The position numbers and the translations under genes were made by a program. Below the pieces are notes generated by a model. The model was not told the origin of the DNA. It saw only the letters and a program-made list of their open reading frames with translations, and did not search any database. Shown here in pieces: positions 1 through 13,100 of a stretch of DNA of 64,000 nucleotides. How positions within the stretch are numbered: the stretch's first letter is position 1; each line of letters begins with the position of its first letter. Source of the stretch: Macrostomum lignano (Eukaryota); NCBI GenBank assembly GCA_002269645.1, contig NIVC01001749.1:12968-76967 (forward strand), given 5' to 3'.

Positions 1-79
1 GCACCAGGGGCTTTAGCACCAGGGGCTTTAGCACCAGGGGCTTTAGCACCAGGGGCGCCAGCACCAGGGGCGCCAGCAC
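1..79. repeat. 15-bp tandem repeat (GCACCAGGGGCTTTA / GCACCAGGGGCGCCA), truncated by window edge
   Basis: About 5 adjacent copies read directly from the sequence. Confidence 0.9.
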
Positions 80-99
80 CATCCGGGGCGCCGGCGTCA

Positions 100-335
100 G
101 CCAGCAGGCAGTCAACGAAACGCCGAGTGCGGGCCGCGTCAACTTGTTGCTCCGTCAGCGTCCAGGCCTCGGCGATGTACAATAGAACGTTCTCGACCAC
201 CGCCTGGAACAACGCCGCCCTCTGGCGGTCAGGTAAGGCCTCAGACTACTGCAGGACCGCCCTCACAGAACGAAAGGCAGCCCAGACAAGCCCACGGCGA
301 CGCCGCAAATCTTCAACAGATGGCGCCAGGTGACT
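100..335 (-). mobile_element. Degenerate non-LTR retrotransposon (RTE-like LINE) ORF2 fragment, region C-terminal to the RT domain
   Basis: Minus frame reads LAPSVEDLRRRRGLVWAAFRSVRAVLQ*SEALPDRQRAALFQAVVENVLLYIAEAWTLT. This matches the LINE post-RT motif (R-I-x-x-A-W-x-A-F ... L-Y-x-x-x-V-x-x-x-LLYG-x-E-x-WTL). One in-frame TAG. Confidence 0.75.
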
Positions 336-756
336 ATATGTACACCTGTTGCGAATCCCTCTAGTTTCGCTGATTAAGACCGGACAGTGGGCAAGCCTCA
401 ACTGCTGGACATCCTCAGCTAGTCTCTCAAGCATTCAGTCAATCACCCTGAACTGCGGAGTCACAGTAGAGAGAGAAACGGGGGTTAGAGAAGGCGATCG
501 ATAATTTTATTGCACCCGCACACCACCGTCCTTGTTGAACTGTATTTTTTGTTTTGTATATTTACGTTTGAAAATTCTGAATAGCTCATATTTCACTACA
601 GCTGTATAAAGTTGCTTGTATTAATAGCTGTTTGTTATGTAAAAAAGCAACAGTGTTTCATAAAGCTGAATAATTGTTCTATAATACCAACAACAGCAAA
701 ACACATGAGTCCAATAAACGTTCAGTGTAGTTTTGATTGCTCATTTTGCGTCACAT

Positions 757-1068
757 TCAGTGCTTGTGATCCGAGTGATGGTGCCCCTGGTGACCAGGCT
801 CGTGCTGATGATGGCCGTGACCGCCCTCGCCGTGCTGATGATGATGATGCTGCTTGCCAGCCTCCGACTGACAGCAGTCGTTTTTCTGGCAGCAATCGCC
901 GGAGTTGCAATCGCTAGGCGGGCATTTGCACTTTTCGCCGCACAATTCGGCCGAATGCTTCTGCTGAGTGTCGCCGCATGGCTGGCAGGATTTGTGCTCG
1001 GCTTTGCGTGTCGAGGTGGCGCGGTGAATGTACATGTACATTCTATGTTCTAGGAAGGCTATGTACAT
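757..1068 (-). CDS. Small Cys/His-rich metallothionein-like protein (5' end and start codon uncertain)
   Basis: ORF contains CQPCGD...CGEKCKCPPSDCNSGDCCQKNDCCQ (10 Cys), then a tail with 15 His in 31 aa. TGA at 757-759; AATAAA on the minus strand at 506-511. Confidence 0.6.
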   Translation of the reverse strand: MYIAFLEHRMYMYIHRATSTRKAEHKSCQPCGDTQQKHSAELCGEKCKCPPSDCNSGDCCQKNDCCQSEAGKQHHHHQHGEGGHGHHQHEPGHQGHHHSDHKH

Positions 1069-1090
1069 TCGTTCATTTGCTGCGATGTCT

Positions 1091-1385
1091 ATTTCTCCAA
1101 CCCTCTAACCCCGCCTACCTGCGTACATTTCTCCAACCCTCTAACCCAGCCTAGCTTGCGAGCATTTATCTAGCCCTCTAACCCCGCCTAGCCTGCGTAA
1201 ATTTCTCCAAACCCTCTAACCCCGCCTAGCCTGCGTAAATTTCTCCAAACCCCCTAACCCCGCCTAGCCTGCGTACATTTCTCCAACCCTCTAACCCAGC
1301 CTAGCCTGCGTACATTTATCTAGCCCTCTAACCCAGCTTAGCCTGCGTACATTTATCTAGCCTCTATCCCCGCCTAGCCTGCGTA
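1091..1385. repeat. Minisatellite, 36-38-bp unit (ATTTCTCCAACCCTCTAACCCCGCCTAGCCTGCGTAC)
   Basis: About 8 tandem copies with two variants. Confidence 0.9.
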
Positions 1386-2096
1386 ATTCTAGCGTAAGTA
1401 AACTACTGTACACTCTCTAATTCGTGTACATTCTGCTAGATAATGCCTAACATCAGTACTTTCATCGACTCTATGTTGTACACTGTTGCTCTCCGTCTTC
1501 AATACGCCATCAATACGGCTGATCAAATGCCATTTAAAATCGAAACAAGAGTGGATAAATATTACTTACACATCTTCACGGAGACTTGTTGAAACAATAA
1601 TAGATAGCCCGAAGATTTGAATTCGAGAGCTCGAGAATTCGATCTTATAGATGCATGGCAGTCGTTTTCTGATATCCTTGATCGCTTTTATAGACAAGGG
1701 TATTGAATTTTAATTGGTCAAAACACGCCACGGAAGATTTCCCAATTTTGGGTTTAGGAAAACAGTGCTCATTCGTCGCTCCCATATTCGTATAAGTCCA
1801 GTGAGCACTTGCTTCCCATCTATATGCTCCACCATGCATCTGGGAGGAATAGGGTTGAGCTGATACAGATGGCGCATTCGAAAAATTCAGCGAAAAACCA
1901 ACTGAAGAGAAGACCAGAGAGTGAGGGATCCCAGTTTTGTGAAGCGCATTTAGCAGCTAAAACATGCACATGCATAGCTCGTAGAGGCAGTCTGATATGG
2001 GCGATGCATGATATTGCGAATGCGCTGCTTTTTATCTCAATGCACAGTTGGACAACCACCATTAAGTATGCATTCACTCCTGACCTTAGATGGTAT

Positions 2097-2158
2097 GATG
2101 TCTATCTATCTATCTACCTATCTATCTACCTATCTATCTATCCATCTATCTATCCATC

Positions 2159-2206
<48 letters not shown>

Positions 2207-2259
2207 CATCTATCTATCCATCTATCTATCTATCTATCTATCTATTTATCTATCTATCC

Positions 2260-2317
<58 letters not shown>

Positions 2318-2411
2318 CTATTTATCTATCTACCTATCTATCTATCTATCTATCCATCTATCTATCCCTATCTATCTATCTATCTATCCATCTATCTATC
2401 TATCTTTCTCC

Positions 2412-2460
<49 letters not shown>

Positions 2461-2508
2461 CATCTATCCATCTATCTATCTATCTATCTACCTATCTATC
2501 TATCTGTC
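2097..2508. repeat. (TATC)n microsatellite
   Basis: About 400 bp of TATC with TTTA/TCCA/TACC interruptions. Confidence 0.97.
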
Positions 2509-2869
2509 TAGTGTATGGAAATACATCGAAATGTATATAAAAATCTAAAAAGTCTGCTCACACTGAACTCAGAATTTGAAGTCACACTCTCCCACTCTAC
2601 AATTCGATGCCATAGACGCCCCGGCCTCGAATCGTACGATTCGAAAACAGAAGCCGAAAGTTTATTAGGCTGGATATTAAGACGAAAGTCCAGAGGAAAA
2701 AGTGGACGAAGTACAATTCGTACTACGTACATGTAAAAGTTTTCTTAATTTATATGCAAAACTGCATGACAACCTTAGAAATGAAATTTTTTGACACATG
2801 CGTAAATAAAAAAATCTATTGGGAAATCAATCATGTTGGCCTTGTCATCAGACAGAAGTCTACGCTCGT

Positions 2870-3299
2870 ATGACTCAATGTGCCAAGCAGACAGATGAAC
2901 AACTCTAGCTCACGGATAGTCTATGACTCAATCTGCCAAGCAAACGATGAACAACTCTAGGTCACGGATAGTCAATGACTCAATCTGCCTAGCAAACGAT
3001 GAACAACTCTAGGTCACGGATAGTCAATGACTCAATCTGCCTAGCAAACGATGAACAACTCTAGGTCACGGATAGTCTATGACTCAATCTGCCAAGCAGA
3101 CAGATGAACAACTCTAGCTCACGGATAGTCTATGACTCAATCTGCCAAGCAAACAGATGAACAACTCTAGCTCACGGATAGTCTATGACTCAATCTGCCA
3201 AGCAAACGATGAACAACTCTAGGTCACGGATAGTCAATGACTCAATCTGCCTAGCAGACAGATGAACAGCTCTTAGCTCACGGATAGTTTATGACTCAA
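2870..3299. repeat. Minisatellite, 52-53-bp unit (TATGACTCAATCTGCCAAGCAAACGATGAACAACTCTAGGTCACGGATAGTC)
   Basis: About 8 tandem copies. Confidence 0.93.
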
Positions 3300-4159
3300 G
3301 TTAATAACCATGAAAACTTTTAAATAGAAAATGAAAGCATAACTTCTGTACCATAGCCAGTTGCTTTTTACTACAAATAGCGTCAAGAGTGCTGTGTACG
3401 GACGGCTAAGCTCATAAATCTCAGCCAACTCAAATATAAATTTATTGCGTCAAAATTGGGCCTCAGCACAAGTGAAAACTCAAAGCAGCGTATTAATAGA
3501 TACAATAGGTATTAAGCAAATGTTTAAACTATACATGTGAACTAGGACAGCAGTTAGGACACCAGACTACATGAAATACAACAAAATAAATAACTATAAT
3601 GCATATTTATATACACAAATAACAAAACAATGTACAAATGCGAAATATACATATACTACAATACATAAAATTTAATATAATTTGAGCCATTTTAACTTTT
3701 TAGTATAGGGAACGCAGTTTCACTAGGAATTCCGTTTTAAAGGAGAGGACAAAATTGAGAAACGTTGAACTACACTACTAAGAGTAATTCGATAAATATA
3801 GATTGATAATTTAAACACTATTGTTTCTCTTAGAGATTCGAGCCATTTAAACTTAGAATAAAAATCATAATTTGTAGGCAAGAGAAATAAAAAACCAAGA
3901 CTTAAAAATTAAAAAAAAATGTTGTGGAGCTAACTTTATATACGAGTATAAAAAGCTACTTAAAGTAGAGCAAAGAGATAGTTGTCTCCGTAAATTGGTA
4001 TATTGCGTTAAAAATAAAACACTGATTTCTAAGCTAAAGACTAGCAAGTAAAATGACCTAGATCTAGCGTTATAAGATCGATGCTTGCTACTCAATAAAA
4101 AAGTAGTATGAAAAGAATGTTACTGTATCATCCAGAACGAGTAAAAATGAGACTTTTTA

Positions 4160-7100
4160 CTACTTAGGCCGCTGACTGTACTTGTGCCGTATGGTTGTCT
4201 CGAGTTCAGCCAGTTGCTGTTCGTCGAGGGCCTCATTGAAGTTGTCGATGCTAGCTAGGATCTCCGGGTTGCTTTGGAATTCGTAGTACCTGGTTTGTTG
4301 GTCACAGGTAGTTGGTTAAGTTCGCGAGTTCGTGCATAATATAAAGATATACAGATCCAAAAATGGCGGGTAACCTTGGAGCTAAATGGTTGAACACTGA
4401 ACAGATTGATCTGCCATTCAGGCGGTCCCAAGTTCGAATCCCAGAAGAGGCGAAATACAATAATTATGGGGCAGATTGTTATTTATGAGTTCGTATATAA
4501 AAGATAAGCTACGGGACGAGATTTAGCCCAGTGGTGTAACGAGAGATTCTGTTAACCGGTAGGTCGCAGGTTCGAATCCCGGTACAGGCAAAATATTTTC
4601 TAGAGTTAATAATGATTACATAGTTTGCACATAAAATGCCGAAAAATTACTATAAGTCACGTGACGAGATTTAGCCCAGTGGTGTAACGAGCGATTCTGT
4701 TAACCCGTAGGTCGCAGGTTCGAATCCCGGTACAGGCAAAACAATTTTCTAGATTATTTACTACGACATGACAAACATCTCAAATCTCTAATCATAATCT
4801 CTAATTTCGACGGTCACGGGTTCGAATCCTAACAGCAGCTTGAGTTATTTCTTAGGCACATACTGTTAAAATCACTTACATAGAATTGGCCGAGTAGCGC
4901 TTGAATTTGATGCAAAAGTCCAAGCAGTTATAGGACATCCAGTACTTCCAATAGTTGATCACTGGCCCAACAGCCCGTGCCCGCTCCACCGGATAACTGG
5001 CCGGCAATTGTCGGATCTCGTCGTTGCCAATGACGCCCTCGTGAATTCTGGTCAGATATTTCAGCACCTCGCCAACGTGAGGCACCAGCGGTGGCTCCGT
5101 AGTGCTCATATTGCGAAAGTATTCCCGCGCAAATGCGGACTGGTTGGCCAGCTTGCTAGTGAAGTCCTTCAGCTTGCGGCGAACTGAGCGGCCTGCGGTT
5201 GAGTGGGGTGTACTTTTATTTATTGCAAATTGCTACTACTGACACATCACTTATTAGTATCTCACCAGGCCACGGCAGGCGATCCAGGCTAACCAGACAC
5301 AGCACAATAGCCAGGTGAGAATTGAAATTGTGATGCCGCCGCAGCTCTTCGGCCACTTTGCAGAAGAAGCTCATGAAGCGCTGCCGGTCGCGCATTCGAT
5401 CGGCTGGCCGGCCCAGCACCAGCGTCTTCGCCCAGAAGCCGAGGCGATTGAAAAAGTTTATAAACGCCTGCAGATTAACAAACTGTTCCCCGGATCTGGC
5501 GCGCACGAAGGCCAGGTACTCCTGGGGGATCGGGGATTACAGAGGGGATTAACACTGTATTCTGTGGATTAACTCACTGTATTCTGGGGATTAACTCACT
5601 GTATTCTGGGGATTAAAACACTGTATTCTGGGGATTAACTCACTGTATTCTGGGGATTAACTCACTGTATTCTGGGGATTAACTCACTGTATTCTGGGGA
5701 TTAACTCACTGTATTCTGGGGATTAACACACTGTATTCTGGGGATTAACACACTGTATTCTGGGGATTAACACGCTGTATTCTGGGGATTAACTCACTGT
5801 ATTCTGGGGATTAACACACTGTATTCTGGGGATTAACACACTGTATTCTGGGGATTAACACACTGTATTCTGGGGATTAACTCACTGTATTCTGGGGATT
5901 AACACACTGTATTCTGGGGATTAACTCACTGTATTCTGGGAATTAACACGCTGTATTCTGGGGATTAACTCACTGTATTCTGGGGATTAACACACTGTAT
6001 TCTGGGGATTAACACACTGTATTCTGGGGATTAACACGCTGTATTCTGGGGATTAACACACTGTATTCTGGGGATTAACACGCTGTATTCTGGGGATTAA
6101 CTCACTGTATTCTGGGGATTAACTCACTGTATTCTGGGAATTAACTCACTGTATTCTGGGGATTAACTCACTGTATTCTGGGGATTAACTCATTGTATTC
6201 TGGGGATTAACTCACTGTATTCTGGGGATTAACACGCTGTATTCTGGGGATTAACACACTGTATTCTGGGGATTAACACACTGTATTCTGGGGATTAACT
6301 CATTGTATTCTGGGGATTAACTCACTGTATTCTGGGGATTAACACGCTGTATTCTGGGGATTAACACACTGTATTCTGGGGATTAACACACTGTATTCTG
6401 GGGATTAACTCACTGTATTCTGGGGATTAACACGCTGTATTCTGGGGATTAACACACTGTATTCTGGGGATTAACACGCTGTATTCTGGGGATTAACTCA
6501 CTGTATTCTGGGGATTAACACACTGTATCATGGGGATTAACACGCTGTATTCTGGGGATTAACACACTGTATTCTGGGGATTAACACGCTGTATTCTGGG
6601 GATTAACTCACTGTATTCTGGAGATTAACACACTGTATCATGGGGATTAACACACTGTATTCTGGGGATTAACACACTGTATTCTGGGGATTAACACACT
6701 GTATTCTGGGGATTAACACACTGGAATCTGGGGACTAACACACTGTATTCTGGGGATTAACACACTGTATCCTGGGGATTAACTCACTGTATTCTGGGAG
6801 ATTACCGCACTGTATTGTAGGGATTAAAACTACATTTATGGGATTAAGGCACTATAACCTTAGGTTTAACACACCTGGACTCTACTCTTGGGAGTAGAGC
6901 AATCTCACCTGAATATCGATTCTCCTATACAACCTGGCATCCATCAAGGTGATTTGCTCGGCCACCTGTCTGGGACTGAATTCCACTATGTTGCGTCGTT
7001 TTATCGACAAAGAGGACGACAACGACAGAGTGGATTTTGCTTTTTCGCTCTCTTCTTCGTCTCGCTGCTGCTGCTGCTGAATGCGAAGGCAGTGCAGAGC

Positions 7101-10100
7101 GCTGCCGAGGATCTGCACTTCGGCCAGATTACCGTCCGCTAGGAGACGCTCTTTGAGTTTAGCCAGCTGCTCCATCAATGGCGAGCAGGAGGCTGAGTCG
7201 GAGCCGGTGCTGGATGAGTTCAATCGATTCTCCCGGTCCTGCTGGGTCGATTCGTCCAACACGCGGATTAGGAAAGCAAAAGCCGACTTCCACAGGGTGT
7301 CCTTGTTGGCCTGGGTCTGGGGTTTGATATTATTAGAGCGTTATAAATGGATTGCTAATCTATCCAATACACACACTGGTGCAGGAATAGAATGGATTGC
7401 TTATCTATCCAATACACAGTGATGCAGGGATAGAATGGATTGCTAATCTATCAAATACACACATTGATGAAGAAATAGAATGGATTGCCAATCCATTTCT
7501 AGCCAATATCACACTGATGCAGGAATAGAATGGATTGCTAATCCATTGCTAAGCCAATATCACACTGATGAAGGATTAGAATGGATTGCTAATCTAGCCA
7601 ATACACACTGATGAAGAAATAGAATGGATTGCTAATCCATTGCTAAGCCAATATCACACTGATGGAGGAATAGAATGGATTTCTAATCCATTTCTAGCCA
7701 ATATCACACTGATGCAGGAATAGAATGGATTGCTAATCCATTGCTAAGCCAATATCACACTGATGAAGGAATAGAATGGATTGCTAATCCATTGCTAAGC
7801 CAATATCACACTGATGAAGGAATAGAATGGATTGCTAATCTAGCCAATATCACACTGATGAAGGATTAGAATGGATTGCTAATCTAGCCAATACACACTG
7901 ATGAAGAAATAGAATGGATTGCTAATCCATTGCTAAGCCAATATCACACTGATGGAGGAATAGAATGGATTTCTAATCCATTTCTAGCCAATATCACACT
8001 GATGCAGGAATAGAATGGATTGCTAATCCATTGCTAAGCCAATATCACACTGATGCAGGAATAGAATGGATTGCTAATCTATTGAAACTCACCTTAAAGT
8101 GCAGGCACCGTTCCACAATCTTGGCCAGCAGCTCGGCAGGCTTAGCAAAGCAGGGGAAAGTGGCGGCGAAACTCTCGCAGAACAGAATATGGGGCCGGTC
8201 GTTGCCAGGCAGACAGGCATAGACTAGCAATGCGTCCAATGGTCCGCCTCGAACTAGAATGCAATCGTCTCCAGACGTATTACTATTAGTAGCATTAGCG
8301 GTACTGTTGGCATTGTCCCAGACTAGCAAATCGCTGAGATCTTCCTGGCAATGAGGCGGCAGCTGCGCAGCGGTGGCAGCAGCGACCGATTCATTTGATG
8401 ATGCAGCCGGCTGCTGAGCGGCTTGTTGCTGAGGCTGCCTAACAGTCCTGCTGACTGTGGCGCTGCGCTGTACATACAGACCCGGCTGCAGTTCGCGCTG
8501 TTCAGACACCAGGCAGACGGTCTTGGTTCGTTCGCCGTTAACCAACGGCGTGTCGGCTTCGGGATCGTCTGGCTCGGCTGCCGACAGCAGCTGACGCCAC
8601 CTGGCTCGGCACAGATCAAAGGATTCAATGGCCGAATGCCGGCTGAAGTCGATTGTCATCAGGTCGTCGCGATCAAAGCTGCCGCCGCTGCTTCTGCCGC
8701 TACTGTCGCCGAGTGCTTGCATGTACTGGGTAACTGCGGTGTGGGTTTACGGGAGGGAACTTGTGCTGTAGAACTCAACAATTGTTTGGTACCTAGTAGT
8801 TTCCTGTCTAGATATCAAGTTTCGAGCTCCATGGCTGAGCGAGCTTAGGTTCTCCATCCAGATTTTAAGTTTAGAGCTTCATTGTTGAGCGAGCTTAGAA
8901 GGTTTCTTCATCCAGATTTTAAGTTTAGAGCTTCATTGTTGAGCGAGCTTAGAAGGTTTCTTCATCCAGATTTCAAGTTTAGAGCTCTAATGGTTGGGCG
9001 AGCTTAGAAGTTTTGTCTATCTAGATTTCAAGTTTAGAGCCCTATGGTTGGGCGAGCTTAGAAGTTTTCTCTATCTAGATTTCATGTTTAGAGCCCTATG
9101 GTTGGGCGAGCTTAGAAGTTTTGTCTATCTAGATTTCAAGTTTAGAGCCCTATGGTTGGGCGAGCTTAGAAGTTTTGTCTATCTAGATTTCAAGTTTAGA
9201 GCCCTATGGTTGGGCGAGCTTAGAAGTTTTCTCTATCTAGATTTCAAGTTTAGAGCCCTATGGTTGGGCGAGCTTAGACGTTTTCTCTATCTAGATTTCA
9301 AGTTTAGAGCTCCATGGTTGGGCGAGCTACAATTTTCCTCTATCTAGATTTCAAGTTTAGAGCTCCATGGTTGGGCGAGCTACAAGTTTCCTCTATCCAG
9401 ATTTCAAGTTTAGAGCTCCATGCTTGAGCGAGCTACAATTTTCCTCTATCCAGATTTTATGTTTAGAGCTCCATGCTTGAGCGAGCTACAATTTTCCTCT
9501 ATCCAGATTTTATGTTTAGAGCTCCATGCTTGAGCGAGCTACAATTTTCCTCTATCCAGATTTCAAGTTTAGAGCTCCATGCTTGAGCGAGCTACAATTT
9601 TCCTCTATCCAGATTTCAAGTTTAGAGCTCCATGCTTGAGCGAGCTACAAGTTTCCTCTATCCAGATTTTATGTTTAGAGATTCATGGTTAAGCGAGCTA
9701 GAAGGTTCCTCTATCCAGATTTTATGTTTAGAGATTCATGGTTAAGCGAGCTAGAAGGTTCCTCTATCCAGATTTTATGTTTAGAGATTCATGGTTAAGC
9801 GAGCTAGAAGGTTCCTCTATCCAGATTTTATGTTTAGAGATTCATGGTTAAGCGAGCTAGAAGGTTCCTCTATCCAGATTTTATGTTTAGAGATTCATGG
9901 TTAAGCGAGCTAGAAGGTTCCTCTATCCAGATTTTATGTTTAGAGATTCATGGTTAAGCGAGCTACAAGTTTTCTCTATCCAGATTTTAAGTTTAGAGCT
10001 CCATGCTTGAGCGAGCTACAAGTTTCCTCTATCCAGATTTCATGCTTAGAGATCCATGGTTGAGCGAGGAAGAAGTTTCCGACCTTTACGAGTAACAATT

Positions 10101-13100
10101 TAAAACTCTAGAATGCCTTCAATCCGCTTCAATGGTTTATTCATGCTGTTCAAGCATGAATCCCTGTAGGCAGTTACTAGCTAAGCAAATTTATAGCTAA
10201 AACCAGTTTGCGCAAGTTCCAGCAGCTTCCAGCATGCTAATGCCAGTACAGTACACTGTGCTTATACGGAATTGAAATTGCAATGTTTAATTATAATAGC
10301 AATAAATTATGCCGATAGCTACTAAAGTGCAAATAGTCACAAGCACTAAAATTCTGGATACGATAAAAACGCGACATTGCGACTTTACACATAGATTGGG
10401 AGATGTTAGGCCTAGTATTGAGTCAACGAACGACTAAGCAAGCCCAGCTAGAAATTAGGTAGGCACAAGGATACACCATAGTCACAGGACTTACAGAAGG
10501 TAGAGATGGCGAAGGGGTGAAAGGGAAAATGGAGATTAGATAGGGAAATGAGAGGAAGAGAAGGGGAGAGACTACTACTAAGGGGATTAACAATTCGAAA
10601 AAAAGTTTTTATGATGCTTTTAATAGGGCGATCATTGATTTCTATGAAGATTGCATCATAACTACAGCATATGAGCAGAAAGGAGATGTGCGAATAAACA
10701 ATCAGGGCAACCCACTACACACAATCAAGAGAAGCAAATTGGCTTTAGCAGCAACCAGATGATAACACGGCCTAGCAGATAGGAAAGAGACACAGACTTA
10801 TACAAGACTAAACCCAATTAGTGTACCTGCAGTGCCCAAAGTCGCACTGGCGGACTATATAGGAAAAGCTATCGGATAGTTCGTAAAATGAAGTCAACTG
10901 TCTGTCTGTCCAACAACAAGAAAACTCTTCATATAACACAGGCTCAAAATGATGTTATACACATAGGAGAACCCTGCGCAGTTCAGACACGCGATAATAC
11001 GAGCAGAAAAGCTTTTGAGTGCGTGCCTTTGCATGTCTATTGCATGTTCGCTTATTAGATGGACTCAGCGACTTCCTGTCACCCCGGTAAGGAAAAACTG
11101 CGACAAGCGACATCCGGCGTCCACAAAAAATGACGACAATTTTCTTTTATCAAAAAAAGACCCAAACTTGAACTTTTTTAGTAGATTCCTTTGCGGCTCT
11201 TTCAGACGTTTCAGTTCGAGTCTGGAGACTCAATTGATTTGAAGAGATTATTGAAAAAAGATAATACAGCTTAATTAGCAGTGCACGCAGGACAACTCGA
11301 GCACTTTCGGCGCTTTTCTGATCCCGAATTTTGGTACTTTTAAGCTCATTTTTTGCACTCATAAATTGCTCAGATGGTGTTCTTAAATGCCTGCCTTTGC
11401 CGCTCGTTGACTTTTTAGCAATCAAATATTCCGTTTTAAAATATTTCATACGAATGGTTGTTTTGGATTTTGGCACTACATATAGTAATTATGGCCCTAC
11501 ACACTAAAGTATTATTATATTGGCACTCTACATATGGTCGTCTTGACAATCTACATATAGTCATCTTGGCACTCGTCATATGGTCATTTTGGCACTATAT
11601 ATTGAAGTATTATCATCTTGGCACTCTACATATGGTCATCTTTGCTCTTTAAATGTGTTCATCTTGGTACTGCATATTTTCAATAGCAACATTATGAACT
11701 CGAAACCAGTTCCGTTCTTTCAGCAGAAAAATCTACATCTCCAGAAATCGAAAACCATACGTCAAGCAAGTCAGCTGTTGCACCATACCATATCATCTCT
11801 GAACGTGCGCCTATCTATACAGTATGTAGTAAAAAAGGAAACGTATTCGGCAGAACAGGAAGTATCACTTATTCAGCTCTCTTTGGTAACGGCACAGTTC
11901 ACTCTCTACCAAGAGGCTTACAGCTGAAGATACGGAATGGTCGTAGACAGACAGACGCATCTGACACGCCTTGCCCTTAACTGACCCCTAAAAGTTAGCG
12001 CTAGAGGGGAAGGGAAACGCCGCCACCAAAAAGGAAATCAATTTCGCAAGCCGCAAAGGAAGATGAATAAATATAAAATGGGCGCGCTTTAATACTGCGC
12101 CCAATCAATGAATTAGTGCGTGAGCGAGCGTGTGTGCGTAATGCAAGTTTACTATAAATGTCAGTTCTACATAAGTATACGTCAGTGACTCATTGCCCTG
12201 GCAACGGCCATACACTTTTGGCGATAGACTTTGCATAGCATCTAGCCTTATTCTGGGCTATAGGTTACAGCGAAAATGATCGGACAGATCGAGAAAAACG
12301 TCATTTTTTATGACGGGCACAAAACATTCGGGTATGAAATATTCTAAGCAGTCTCAAATACCAATGAATAGTCTCGCTCAGACAATAAACTCAATATTCG
12401 ATGCACAGACGCAACAATTTCAATCTGATCCCATGCAGTGACACAACATTCTCACTTTGATTCCATGCCGTGACACAATAGTCTCACTTTGATTCCATGC
12501 CGTGACACAATATTCTCCCTTTAGTTCGATGCAGTAACACAATATTCTCACTAAGTTCGATACAGTGACACAATATTCTCACTAAGTTCGATACAGTGAC
12601 ACAATATTCTCACTAAGTTCGATGCAGTGACACAATATTCTCACTCTGATCCGATGCAGTGACACAATATTCTCACTAAGTTCGATGCAGTGACACAATA
12701 TTCTCACTCTGATCCGATGCAGTGACACAATATTCTCCCTTCAGTTCGATGCAGTGACACAATATTCTCACTCTGATCCGATGCAGTGACACAATATGCC
12801 CACTCTGATCCGATGCAGTGACACAATATTCTCACTCTGATCCGATGCAGTGACACAATATTCTCCCTTCAGTTCGATGCAGTGACACAATATTCTCCCT
12901 TTAGTTCGATGCAGTGACACAATATTCTCACTAAGTTCGATGCAGTGACACAATATTCTCACTCTGATCGGATGCAGTGACACAATATTCTCACTCTGAT
13001 CCGATGCAGTGACACAATATTGGCGCTTTAGTACGATGCAGTGACACAATATTCTCACTCTGATCCGATACAGTGACACAATATTCTCACTCTGATCCGA

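Noticed and set aside
733-1053. Hydrophobic + strand ORF resembling a membrane protein
   Set aside because: It is the antisense shadow of the His/Cys-rich ORF (CAT/CAC codons read as ATG/GTG).
1091-1385. Telomere-like CCCTCTAACCC motifs
   Set aside because: Not tandem TTAGGG; the motif is embedded in an ordinary 37-bp unit.
1809-2540. Long YLSI ORFs, and likewise ORFs at 14384-15286, 15998-16863, 17550-18361, 19967-20572, 27740-28030, 28986-30203, 30984-31444, 46672-47293, 50777-51331, 57983-59489, 61299-62882 and 63419-63894
   Set aside because: All are translations of micro- or minisatellites lying in introns or intergenic DNA.
4515-4752. Functional tRNA-Asn genes
   Set aside because: Acceptor, anticodon and T stems do not base-pair; treated as SINE heads or pseudogenes.
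10400-10760. Possible LINE APE-endonuclease remnant (GYTIVTGLTEGRDGEGV; KSFYDAFNRAII)
   Set aside because: Only vague resemblance, with stops and no catalytic GDFN/SDH motifs; cannot be supported without a search.
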